Assembly (NCBI GenBank): GCA_038233215.1
Contig: JBBSML010000012.1
Coordinates: 1,751 to 65,750, forward strand
From: Candidatus Limnocylindria bacterium
Lineage (GTDB): Bacteria > Chloroflexota > Limnocylindria > QHBO01
Length of the DNA: 64,000 nucleotides
Direction of reading: 5' to 3'
The first letter of the stretch is position 1. Each line of letters begins with the position of its first letter. Positions 19,570-28,597 of the stretch are shown one piece after another. The notes under the pieces are model-generated. The model was not told where the DNA came from, searched no databases, and saw only the letters and a program-made list of their open reading frames with translations. The position numbers and the translations under genes were made by a program.

Positions 19570-19997
19570 TGCTGATCGATGTCAATCTGCTGCTCTATGC
19601 GGCGTACGCAGAGACGCCAGAGCACGAGTTGACTCGGGCATGGCTTCAGGAGCAGTTAAACGGACAGAGACGCGTCGGCCTGCCCTGGGAGTCCCTGGTC
19701 GGCTTCGTTCGACTCGCCACGAATCCACGCGTGTCGCCAAGGGCACTCCGACCAGCTGAGGCGTGGGCATTCGTCGAGGACTGGTTGGCGGCGCCGGTCG
19801 TGTGGGTCCCCACCCCGACGGATGAGCACGCGCAGGTGCTCGGGGGCCTCATCGCGAAGCACAGGATTACCGGCAAGCTCGTGCCCGATGCGCACCTGGT
19901 GGCGCTGGCGATGGAGCATGGCCTCGTCGTGTACTCGGCCGACTCTGACTTCGCGCGATTCCCGGAGATCCGCTGGGTCAATCCGCTCGCTGCGTAG
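19569..19997 (+). CDS. vapC: PIN-domain ribonuclease toxin
   Basis: MLIDVNLLLYA...; PIN acidic residues (D5...E...D...D). Coupled to vapB. Confidence 0.75.
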   Translation: MLIDVNLLLYAAYAETPEHELTRAWLQEQLNGQRRVGLPWESLVGFVRLATNPRVSPRALRPAEAWAFVEDWLAAPVVWVPTPTDEHAQVLGGLIAKHRITGKLVPDAHLVALAMEHGLVVYSADSDFARFPEIRWVNPLAA

Positions 19998-20080
19998 ACC
20001 GGGTTTGCGACAAACCCGGTAGTACTGTTGACCCGCGGCACCGGCCGATTCAGCCTACCTCCCACCATGATTGGCGAAAC

Positions 20081-22591
20081 GTGAAGCTTTGGCAGGCCGC
20101 CGTCAAGCGGCTGATTGACGTCGTCCTCGGCGCGTTCGGGCTCGTCGTCCTGATCCCGGTCATGGCACTCGTGGTCGTGGCGGTTGCGGTCGATTCAACG
20201 GGTCCGGTCGTCTACGGCGCGCGGCGCGTTGGCCGGCACAGGCGCGAGTTCACGATGTGGAAATTCCGTTCCATGGCCCGTGGCGCAGACAGGGTCGGTC
20301 CGGCGGTGACCGGTGCCTACGACTTCCGCGTGACGCGCGTCGGCGCCTTTTTGCGGCGAACAAAGTTGGATGAGCTTCCGCAGCTGGTGAACGTGCTGGT
20401 GGGCCAGATGTCGCTGGTGGGCCCGCGTCCTGAAGCGCCGGTCTATGTCGAGCGCTGGACGACCGAGGAACGCGAGATCCTTGCCTTCCGACCGGGCATC
20501 ACCGGACCGACGCAGATCGCCTATATCGACGAAGAGGAGCGCCTCGCCGGCGATCCGAACGCGGTGTACGAGTCCGAGCTGATGCATGTCAAGCTCGCGG
20601 TGGACCTCGACTACGTGCGCCGCTTCAGCCTGCGTGGTGACCTCGGGATCATGTGGAAGACGCTCGTCGGCATCCTGTCGGCCGGCGAACGCCGCACGAA
20701 CCGGCCGCGTCGCCGCTACACCCTGGACGAGCGACTGCGCAGTGCCCGCCTGGGGCCCATCCTGCTCGACGCCTTCCTGGCGGCCATGGCAGCGGCCCTG
20801 GCGGTGGGCCTGCGCATCGATCGCAACAACATCTTCGCCGCGGTTGCCACGTACTGGGTCCTCATCCCCCTGGCGGCCATTGTCCGGCCCGCGGGGTTCC
20901 TGATCGCCGGCGCGTACATGCGGGTCTGGCGGTATCCGACCGTCTCCGATGCAGCGCTGATCGTTGGCTCCTTGGCCGCCGGCTCGCTGATCATGACCAT
21001 CCTCATCTTCGTCGTCATGCAACCGTGGGCATTCGCCGGTTCGGTTGGCTTCCCGCGCAGCGCGCTCATCATCGAGTTCCTGGTCTCGTTCATCGTGCTC
21101 GGCGGAATCCGTTTCGCCTCTCGCATTCGCCAGGAAGGCATTGAGGAGGGGATGCCGCCGGCGAGCGCCGGGCCGCCCCGGCCGGTCTTGATCTATGGTG
21201 CCGGTGAGGCGGGAGCGCTGTTGGTTCGCGAGATGCGGCGCAACCGGTCGCTCCGACTTGAGCCGGTCGCCTTCCTTGACGACGATCCGGCGAAGCGCGG
21301 ACAACGTATCTACGGGGTCGAGGTCGTAGGCGGCGCGAAAGATCTGCCGCTCGTGGCAGCCGAGCGCGAGGTGGCCGAGGTGATCGTCGCCATGCCCCGC
21401 ATCGGCGGCGACCTGCTTCGCCAGATCGTTGCCCTCGCGGAGGCCGCGGGCGTTGCCGTGCGCACCCTCCCCGCCGTCGACGAGCTGCTCGACGAAACCG
21501 TGTCTGTGAACCGAGTGCGGCCGGTCCGCGTCGAGGACCTGCTCAGACGGGAACCAATCGCCATCCCTGAAGGACCGATGCGTTCCCTCGTCGAGGGACG
21601 AACCGTCCTGGTCACCGGCGCGGGCGGCAGCATCGGCTCCGAACTTTGCCGCCAGATCGCGTCGCTCGGCGCTCGCCGAATCGTGCTGTTCGAGCGAGCC
21701 GAGACCCCGCTCTTCTACGTCGACGAGGAGACCCGCCGGCGGTTCCCAGGCGTTGAAGTTGTTGCTGTCGTCGGCGACGTGACCGACGAGGGATCCGTGT
21801 CACGCTGCTTTGAGCGTGAGCAGCCGCAGGTCGTCTTCCATGCCGCCGCCCAGAAGCACGTGCCCCTCTCGGAGGCCAACGTCGCCGCGACGGTCTGGAC
21901 CAACGTTCGAGGGACACGCCTAGTCGCGCAAGCGGCCGTTGATATCGGCGTCGAGGCATTCATCTTCATCAGCACCGACAAGGCGGTCGATCCGTCGTCG
22001 ATCATGGGCGCCACAAAGCGCATCGGCGAAGAGCTGGTGCGGACCGCAGGCGCGTCGGCCGTCGGGCGGTTCGTGGTCGTTCGCTTCGGCAACGTGATGG
22101 GGTCACAGGGATCGGTCCTCGAACTCTTCCGGCAGCAGATCGCCGATGGTGGCCCGGTGACGATCACGCACCCGGACATGACGCGGTACTTCATGACGAT
22201 CCCCGAAGCGGTTCGCCTGATCCTGCACGCTGGCGCCGTTGGGCGTCCCGGCGACGTCCACGTCCTGAACATGGGGCAGCCGATCCGGATCGTCGACCTG
22301 GCGAGCGACCTCATCCGTCTTTCGTCACCGGCGGGGTCTCGCGACATTGCCATCGTCTTCACCGGCCTTCGTCCTGGCGAGAAGCTGGAAGAGACATTGT
22401 TCGGGACGGATGAGGAAGCGCTCGAGACGGATTCGCCGTTCCTGCTGGTGGCGCGCCTTGGTGACGAAGGGCCCCTTGGCTCAACGAACCAATTGGCGGC
22501 GCGCCTCGAAGCACTGGCTGGCGAAGGACGGGATGCCGAGTTGCGCGACCAGCTAGGCGGGACCGCCGCAACGAGCGCCGCCCGAGGATGA
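20081..22591 (+). CDS. fusion protein: N-terminal small phosphoglycosyl transferase (Bac_transf/PglC-WbaP catalytic domain) + 4-TM region + C-terminal CapD/PglF/WbpM-type NAD-dependent nucleotide-sugar 4,6-dehydratase
   Basis: N-terminus: [17 protein letters not shown] (hydrophobic helix), [35 protein letters not shown]-terminus: [44 protein letters not shown]. Confidence 0.8.
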   Translation: MKLWQAAVKRLIDVVLGAFGLVVLIPVMALVVVAVAVDSTGPVVYGARRVGRHRREFTMWKFRSMARGADRVGPAVTGAYDFRVTRVGAFLRRTKLDELPQLVNVLVGQMSLVGPRPEAPVYVERWTTEEREILAFRPGITGPTQIAYIDEEERLAGDPNAVYESELMHVKLAVDLDYVRRFSLRGDLGIMWKTLVGILSAGERRTNRPRRRYTLDERLRSARLGPILLDAFLAAMAAALAVGLRIDRNNIFAAVATYWVLIPLAAIVRPAGFLIAGAYMRVWRYPTVSDAALIVGSLAAGSLIMTILIFVVMQPWAFAGSVGFPRSALIIEFLVSFIVLGGIRFASRIRQEGIEEGMPPASAGPPRPVLIYGAGEAGALLVREMRRNRSLRLEPVAFLDDDPAKRGQRIYGVEVVGGAKDLPLVAAEREVAEVIVAMPRIGGDLLRQIVALAEAAGVAVRTLPAVDELLDETVSVNRVRPVRVEDLLRREPIAIPEGPMRSLVEGRTVLVTGAGGSIGSELCRQIASLGARRIVLFERAETPLFYVDEETRRRFPGVEVVAVVGDVTDEGSVSRCFEREQPQVVFHAAAQKHVPLSEANVAATVWTNVRGTRLVAQAAVDIGVEAFIFISTDKAVDPSSIMGATKRIGEELVRTAGASAVGRFVVVRFGNVMGSQGSVLELFRQQIADGGPVTITHPDMTRYFMTIPEAVRLILHAGAVGRPGDVHVLNMGQPIRIVDLASDLIRLSSPAGSRDIAIVFTGLRPGEKLEETLFGTDEEALETDSPFLLVARLGDEGPLGSTNQLAARLEALAGEGRDAELRDQLGGTAATSAARG

Positions 22592-24750
22592 TCCGCATCG
22601 TTCCCCGCGTGGCACTCCAACTGTGGATCGTCGGGTTCATCGTCTTCTTCGGCGCCGAAGCCATCCACCTCGAGCCGCCCCTGCGCATCGCGACGCAGGT
22701 CCTGTACGGCTTCCCACTGGCGGCGTGGGCGGTATTCCGCCTGCGTGGGCCATACGACAGGCTCGACATGGCCGTTCTCGGGCTTCTGGTCATCTATGCG
22801 ATCCTGTGTCTCTTCAGCCGCGACCGCACCGAGAGCCTTGGCACGCTGGCCCTGGCAACTGCTTACGCGACGTGGTTCCTGCTCCTCCGTCGCGCAGCCG
22901 ATCTGCGCCCGCAGATTGTGCTCGCGATTGGAACCGGGCTCGCTCTCACCCTGGCCTTCAATGCCTACCTGCAGATCCAGGAAAAGGCGACATGGTTCGC
23001 CACCGTCGGCGCGGCGCCGTTCGAGGGAGTGCTGACCTTTCCATGGGAGTCGGTCAACGCGCTCCCGATGCTCGTGTTGATCGCGATTCCGTTCCTGGCC
23101 TGGGTCATACCTTCGCAGATCAAATCGGTTCTGATGTTCGTCGTGGGATTCAGCGCAGTCGTGGTCGTACCTCTCAGCATGGGGCGCGCCGGATGGCTCG
23201 GCCTCGCGGTCGCCGCGCTGCTGGCACTCCTCCTGCCCTCGACCTTGCAGACCTTCGCGAAGACTCGGTGGCAGACCAAAGCACTCGGCGCAGGAGTGGC
23301 GACGGCCGCGGCAGTCGGTGCTGCGGTGCTTGTCGGACCACGGGCGGTAACCGCCATCGCGGAAAGCGGACGCCTGCTTCTCTGGGAACAGGGTTTGGCG
23401 ATGATCATTGGCTCGCCCCTGATCGGATCCGGACCGGGAACGTACTCGTGGGTGCGGCTGGAAGCAGCGCCGGCTGCCGCCGACCTCCTGGCCGTTCGAC
23501 TCGTCCACAACGTTCCGCTCCAGACGCTCGTCGACGGCGGCCTCGTGCTCGGAACCAGCTTGGTCGGCCTGATGGTCGTATGGGGGCTTGCGCTGCATCG
23601 CCGTTGGCCGGCGTGGAGGGTCGCGGACCGAGTCACGTTGGCCTGTGTTACAGGCTTCGTCGCAGCTCTGATCCTCGATGACTTCAGTTACCTACCGGCG
23701 ATCACGGCCAGCTTCCTGGCCGCGGCGGCGTTTCTGGTCCCCGCCTCAGACACGCGAGCTCTGACGCCCGCGCGTGGCCTGGCAGCACCAGCGCTGCTCA
23801 CGCTGGCAGCACTGATTGCTCTGCCGTATGTCGTCGCCGTCGACGTGGCGCGATCAGCGGCACAGGCAGGTCGAGGAGCCATGGTCGACGGAAGCTATGG
23901 CGCGGCGCGAGCGCACTTTGAAGCAGCGACCCAGGCACACCCCGAAAGCGGCGGCTATTGGCTCGGTCTCGGGATGGCCGCGAGCTATGACGGCGACAGG
24001 ACTGGAGCGATCGACGCGTATCGGCGCGCCGTGGCCGTCGCCCCCGGAGATCCGCGGGGGTACGCGGCGCTCGCAGAGCTGGATAGTGGAGCTGACGCCA
24101 GCGTTCTTCTGGAGCAGGCCGCCGACCGCACCTTGGGTGACCCTCAGTACGCGGTTCGGCTGGGGCTCGAGCTGATGGCCGCCGATCGCCCCCACGAGGC
24201 TACGCACGCGTGGAGCCGCGCTGCCGCGCTTCGACCAGACCTCGTGACCACGCTGCCGTACTGGAATCCTGTGACCATGGGAGCGGTCGCTACCGAGGCC
24301 ATGATCACGATCCACAACGAACCCCGTCCCGCTCCGAGAGAGAACATGGAGAATGCTTGGGACCTCGGACTTGCTCTGGATACACTGCCGGCCGACGCTG
24401 ATCCCGCATGGCGGGCGGTGGATGCCGCCCGGCACGGAGACAACGACACCGCACGTGAACTGGCGGAGGGGTCAGTCACTGCCGCACCCTATGTCGCCCG
24501 CGGCTATCAGGCACTTGCGGCGGTCGCTGCGTTCAGTTGTGACCCGACGACGGTCGAGAACGCCCTCCGGCTGGAGGCCCTGAGTCTCGGCGCATACGAG
24601 CCATTACCGCCTGAACCCCACGTGCGGCGCGAGTTCGTGTACCGCGAAGCCAGCCTCGGGCCGACCCAGCCGCCTGCCGTGGAGCCACTCACTGAGCCAG
24701 AAATGTGGCCGTGGTCGCTGGTTCCACGACCCACGGCCTGCGACGGGTGA
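22588..24750 (+). CDS. O-antigen ligase/oligosaccharyltransferase-like (Wzy_C domain) polytopic membrane protein with C-terminal TPR domain
   Basis: About 12 TM helices. Wzy_C signature GSGPGTYSWVRLEAAPAAADLLAVRLVHNVPLQTLVDGGLVLG. The C-terminal about 300 aa are soluble with TPR-like repeats (AYRRAVAVAPGDPRGYAALAEL...). ATGA overlap with the upstream gene. Confidence 0.65.
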   Translation: MIRIVPRVALQLWIVGFIVFFGAEAIHLEPPLRIATQVLYGFPLAAWAVFRLRGPYDRLDMAVLGLLVIYAILCLFSRDRTESLGTLALATAYATWFLLLRRAADLRPQIVLAIGTGLALTLAFNAYLQIQEKATWFATVGAAPFEGVLTFPWESVNALPMLVLIAIPFLAWVIPSQIKSVLMFVVGFSAVVVVPLSMGRAGWLGLAVAALLALLLPSTLQTFAKTRWQTKALGAGVATAAAVGAAVLVGPRAVTAIAESGRLLLWEQGLAMIIGSPLIGSGPGTYSWVRLEAAPAAADLLAVRLVHNVPLQTLVDGGLVLGTSLVGLMVVWGLALHRRWPAWRVADRVTLACVTGFVAALILDDFSYLPAITASFLAAAAFLVPASDTRALTPARGLAAPALLTLAALIALPYVVAVDVARSAAQAGRGAMVDGSYGAARAHFEAATQAHPESGGYWLGLGMAASYDGDRTGAIDAYRRAVAVAPGDPRGYAALAELDSGADASVLLEQAADRTLGDPQYAVRLGLELMAADRPHEATHAWSRAAALRPDLVTTLPYWNPVTMGAVATEAMITIHNEPRPAPRENMENAWDLGLALDTLPADADPAWRAVDAARHGDNDTARELAEGSVTAAPYVARGYQALAAVAAFSCDPTTVENALRLEALSLGAYEPLPPEPHVRREFVYREASLGPTQPPAVEPLTEPEMWPWSLVPRPTACDG

Positions 24751-26270
24751 GGTCGGCATTGCGCAGGAGGATCCCGGCGAGCTGGGTGGCCATCGCCGCA
24801 CTCTTTGCGCTCGTGGCGTTGCCGCGGTCGGCGATTCCGCTCATCGACGGCGATGTGTATTGGCACATTCGGGCCGGCCTCGAGGTGCTCGACACGGGGC
24901 AAGTCCCGGCGGAAGACAGCTGGAGCCTGGTCGGCGACGGCATGCGGTGGCTGAGCCAGGACTGGCTGAGCAACGTGCTCCTCGGCTTGGGATGGCGCCT
25001 CGGAGAGATCGGGCCATCAGCGCTCTCGCTTGCGTGGTCCTCTCTGGTGGTCGCAGCGCTGGCACTGCTCTGGTGGGCCTTCGGCCTGCGACGCCCAGAG
25101 ACCGGATGGCTGGGGCGCATCGGCTGGCTGACCGTCGGGCTTATCGTCGCTGGCCCCGTCCTTGGCGTCCGCGTGCAGGTCGTCGATCTCACGCTGGCGA
25201 CTGCGGTGGTTCTCTCCTGTTGGGGATACCTGGCACGGCCGTCCATCGGTTGGCTCGTGGCACTTCCGACCATCTCGCTCGCGTGGGCCAATCTGCACGC
25301 AGGCTGGCCGCTCATCTTCATCGTCGGTGGCGCCATCGTCATCGGCGAGGCAGCCGACCGGGTGCTGAAACGCCGACCACCGCACAACATGCTGACATGG
25401 CGGCAGATCGCCCTGCTCGGTGGTGCGCTCGTCGTCTCGATCATGCCGATCGCAGTCAATCCGAGTGGTCTTGAGCTGTATGCCTACCCTCTCGAAACTT
25501 CTTCAATCGCAGCCCATCGCGACTTCATATCGGAATGGCAGTCTCCGGATCCGGGAACCATCGTCGGACAGTTGTTCATCGTCTTCGTCGTGGTGATCGT
25601 CCTGCCGTCGCTCTGGATCGGTCGCCGGACGATGCGTGCCGCTGACGCGCTCGTCATCGCGGGCATGACCGTGATGATCGCCCTCGGTGCGCGGTTTCTG
25701 CTGCTCGCGCCGATCATCGCCGCGACGGCCGGACTCACGCTCGAACCGGCGATCAGCGGGACGGCGCTCGGCCGTCGATTTTCGAGGCCACTGGCACGCC
25801 TCGGTACGGCGCGGAGTGGGGCATTCCTCAACGTGGTGAACGCCGCCCTCATCGGCATCATGGTGCTGGCCGGCCTGGGCGTCGCGTGGGCGCGGGCCAG
25901 CCCTACCGCACAGCGCGAGCTCGTCGCCGACCACATGCCGGTCGGCGCGGTTGACTGGATCATCGCCAATGACCCCGGAGCCCGCCCCTTCAACCAGTAT
26001 TCATGGGGCGGATACCTGGGTCTGCGACGGCCCGACCATCCCATCTACATCGATGGCCGATCCGACATTTACGGCGACCGCCCGATACGCGAGTACGCGA
26101 ACGCGGTCCAGCTCGAGACCGATCCACAGGAACTCTTCGATCGCTACGCGATCGACTACATCCTCTTCCCGCCGAATCAGCCGCTCTCGCAGTGGCTTGA
26201 AGACTCGCCCATCTGGCAGCGTGAATACGTGGACGCCATCGCAGCGGTGTGGATCCGCTTGAATGAATAG
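24705..26270 (+). CDS. uncharacterised polytopic membrane protein, GT-C glycosyltransferase-like (paralog of 27111..28547)
   Basis: N-terminal loop motif PLIDGDVYWH...GQVPAEDSWS. About 11 TM helices. C-terminal soluble domain with YIDGRSDIYGDRPIREY. Shares both motifs with the minus-strand paralog. Confidence 0.5.
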   Translation: MAVVAGSTTHGLRRVRSALRRRIPASWVAIAALFALVALPRSAIPLIDGDVYWHIRAGLEVLDTGQVPAEDSWSLVGDGMRWLSQDWLSNVLLGLGWRLGEIGPSALSLAWSSLVVAALALLWWAFGLRRPETGWLGRIGWLTVGLIVAGPVLGVRVQVVDLTLATAVVLSCWGYLARPSIGWLVALPTISLAWANLHAGWPLIFIVGGAIVIGEAADRVLKRRPPHNMLTWRQIALLGGALVVSIMPIAVNPSGLELYAYPLETSSIAAHRDFISEWQSPDPGTIVGQLFIVFVVVIVLPSLWIGRRTMRAADALVIAGMTVMIALGARFLLLAPIIAATAGLTLEPAISGTALGRRFSRPLARLGTARSGAFLNVVNAALIGIMVLAGLGVAWARASPTAQRELVADHMPVGAVDWIIANDPGARPFNQYSWGGYLGLRRPDHPIYIDGRSDIYGDRPIREYANAVQLETDPQELFDRYAIDYILFPPNQPLSQWLEDSPIWQREYVDAIAAVWIRLNE

Positions 26271-27144
26271 GCCGCGCGTTGCAGAAATGATGAGCTCACC
26301 ACAGCTGCGGCGGCTGCTCAGGGATGGAACTCTTATCGCGGCCATCGTCTTCATCGGCTTCGTATGGTGGCTGGTCACGTTCAACGACTATCAGCACGAT
26401 GCCCGGGCTTACTGGGCGGCTGGCCTGGATAGCCCCTACGCCGATGCACTCGTTGGCGGCTCGGATGCGTACCTCTATTCGCCCGTCTTCGCGCAGCTCG
26501 CCTTTCCGCTGAGCCTGCTGCCATTCGAGGTGTTCCGAGGCATCTGGGCCGTGCTGAATCTCGGCGCCCTGGTCTGGCTGACTGGACCCCGACTCGGTGC
26601 CCTCATGTTGATCATCCCCGGCTCGCCGGTAATCGACGAGGTGGCCACGGGCAATGTCCATCTCCTCATCGCGGCCGCCATCTACGCGAGCCTGTGGAGG
26701 CCGGCCGCATGGGCATTCCCGCTGCTCACGAAGATCACCCCGGGGATCGGCGCCGCCTACCTCCTGGGCGCGCGACGCTGGCGCGCCTTCGCGGAGGCAG
26801 TGGGGGTTTCCGTTGCGTTGAGCGTCATCTCGTTCGCGATCGTCCCCGACCTGTGGTTCGAATGGTTGCGCGTCCTCACCTCGAGCACGAGCGTTCCTGT
26901 TCCTGGCGAGATTGCGATCATTCCGGGCCCGCTTTCGGTCCGCGTGGCAGCTGCTGGCGCGATCGCCCTCGTTGGTGGCATACGCGGCTGGCGGTGGGTG
27001 ATGCCGGTGGCGGCCATGATTGCCCTGCCGGTCCCGTGGTCGTCCGGCCTGAGCCTCCTGGTCGCCGTGGTAGCGCTGTGGCGGTCCGGGCACCTTGTCG
27101 AGCCCAAGGCTCAGGCGGCTGGCGAGGGCGCCCGCGTGACCTGA
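26263..27144 (+). CDS. GT87/DUF2029-family membrane glycosyltransferase (paralog 5)
   Basis: Core ATGNVHLLIAAAIYASLWRPAAWAFPLLTKITPGIGAAYLL, as in paralogs 1-4. Confidence 0.65.
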   Translation: MNRPRVAEMMSSPQLRRLLRDGTLIAAIVFIGFVWWLVTFNDYQHDARAYWAAGLDSPYADALVGGSDAYLYSPVFAQLAFPLSLLPFEVFRGIWAVLNLGALVWLTGPRLGALMLIIPGSPVIDEVATGNVHLLIAAAIYASLWRPAAWAFPLLTKITPGIGAAYLLGARRWRAFAEAVGVSVALSVISFAIVPDLWFEWLRVLTSSTSVPVPGEIAIIPGPLSVRVAAAGAIALVGGIRGWRWVMPVAAMIALPVPWSSGLSLLVAVVALWRSGHLVEPKAQAAGEGARVT

Positions 27145-28547
27145 TCACAGGGGAGAAGGAGGACCGCTCGCTCGTCGCGAAACGCCTCGCACCAGCCTGC
27201 CCGCTCATCCATCGAAGCCAACGGCGCGCTGGGAGGAAGGAGGATCGCCTCAACCCCACGGTCGGCGGCGACCGTTTGCCAGCCGGACTCCGCGCCGCGG
27301 ATGGCCAGGTACTCCTCGAATATCTCGCGCGGGTACATGTCGCTCCGGCCATCGATGAACACTGATCCACCAGAGCCGTACAGGCGGTGGATCGCCCACC
27401 CGCCCCAGTCGTAGTCGACCAATGCCTGAACATCGGGTTCGACGGCGACCAACTGATCCATGGCTGCGCTGGGAAAGACCTCATCTTCGGCCTGGCTGAC
27501 CGCAGGTGGCAGAACGATGACGATCCCGACGACCACCACTGCCGCCAGCCCCAATTCCAGGATGCGGCGTTGGCGCGCGCTGGCGACCGAGCGCGCCCGC
27601 GGCGGCCGAAGGCGAGAGTCGAGCCCAATCGCGAGCATGGGCATCGTCATCACCACCGCAAGCGGGGCGTTACGAACTGCCACGAGGGCACCCAGGGCAC
27701 CGACAACTGCCACTGCCGTGAGCCACCCCGGCGCACCGCGTCGACCAAGGGCAATGACGCCGACGATCAGAAGTGCGACGCCCCATTGCCGCGGGTCAGT
27801 GAAATCGGCCGGCTGCCACTCAGCGATGAAGCTGGTGCCCCAATCGTCCTGGCGCAGGTACCGCAGCGGATAAACGATGCCGTCAAGGCCTGCGGGCGTG
27901 ATCGCAGAGGCAAGTGCGCCGCCAAGGAGCATGCCGACCGCCGTCCATCGCCGTGGCGCAAGCGCGGTTCGACCGAGAAGCGAGAACAGGACGTACACGC
28001 CCACCACTCCAACGCCCACGATCCAGAGACCGTGGAGGTTCGCCCACAGCGCCAGCAACGGAACCACGAGCCATGGCCGGATCCGGTGGTTGACGCGCAG
28101 GCCGAACAGCAGGGCGAGCAAGACAGCAAGAAGCAGCCACGAGAGCACCTGTGGACGTACCGTCGCGAACGAGGCGAGCACGTAGGTGCCGACCACCAGG
28201 AATGGCGTCAGCGCGCGGACTGCGATCCTGTGTCGGTGGAGCATGAACGCGGGGACGAGGAGCGCGCCAGCGGTGGCCAACCCAAAGATGGCAGCTGTGA
28301 CCGGGTAGCCGACGGTCCCCACAAGAGCGGCGATCACCACCTCGCCGAGCCATTCATGAGCGACCCAGGGCCCGTCATAGGCGAAAGAAAACGGATCGTT
28401 CGTCGGCACATCACCGCTGCCGAGAATCAGGCGTCCCGTCTCGAGGTGCCACCAGTAATCTGCGTCGATCGGACCGCGTGCCTCAACCAGCACAATGAAG
28501 AACGCGGCGACGACGGCCGCCAGGATCGTCAGCGGCGAGGGGAGCAT
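27111..28547 (-). CDS. uncharacterised polytopic membrane protein, GT-C glycosyltransferase-like (paralog of 24705..26270)
   Basis: GPIDADYWWHLETGRLILGSGDVPTNDPFSF...; C-terminus FIDGRSDMYPREIFEEY. Confidence 0.5.
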   Translation of the reverse strand: MLPSPLTILAAVVAAFFIVLVEARGPIDADYWWHLETGRLILGSGDVPTNDPFSFAYDGPWVAHEWLGEVVIAALVGTVGYPVTAAIFGLATAGALLVPAFMLHRHRIAVRALTPFLVVGTYVLASFATVRPQVLSWLLLAVLLALLFGLRVNHRIRPWLVVPLLALWANLHGLWIVGVGVVGVYVLFSLLGRTALAPRRWTAVGMLLGGALASAITPAGLDGIVYPLRYLRQDDWGTSFIAEWQPADFTDPRQWGVALLIVGVIALGRRGAPGWLTAVAVVGALGALVAVRNAPLAVVMTMPMLAIGLDSRLRPPRARSVASARQRRILELGLAAVVVVGIVIVLPPAVSQAEDEVFPSAAMDQLVAVEPDVQALVDYDWGGWAIHRLYGSGGSVFIDGRSDMYPREIFEEYLAIRGAESGWQTVAADRGVEAILLPPSAPLASMDERAGWCEAFRDERAVLLLPCDQVTRAPSPAA

Positions 28548-28597
28548 CGTCTCGAAAGTACCACGAGGCTACGACAATGGCTGGGTAGGATGCCCCC

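Noticed and set aside
20195-21304. 369-aa minus-strand ORF
   Set aside because: Antisense to the well-supported PGT-dehydratase gene; extreme Arg/Asp/His composition with no motifs.
21715-23598. 627-aa minus-strand ORF
   Set aside because: Antisense across the fusion gene and ligase-like gene; low-complexity composition.
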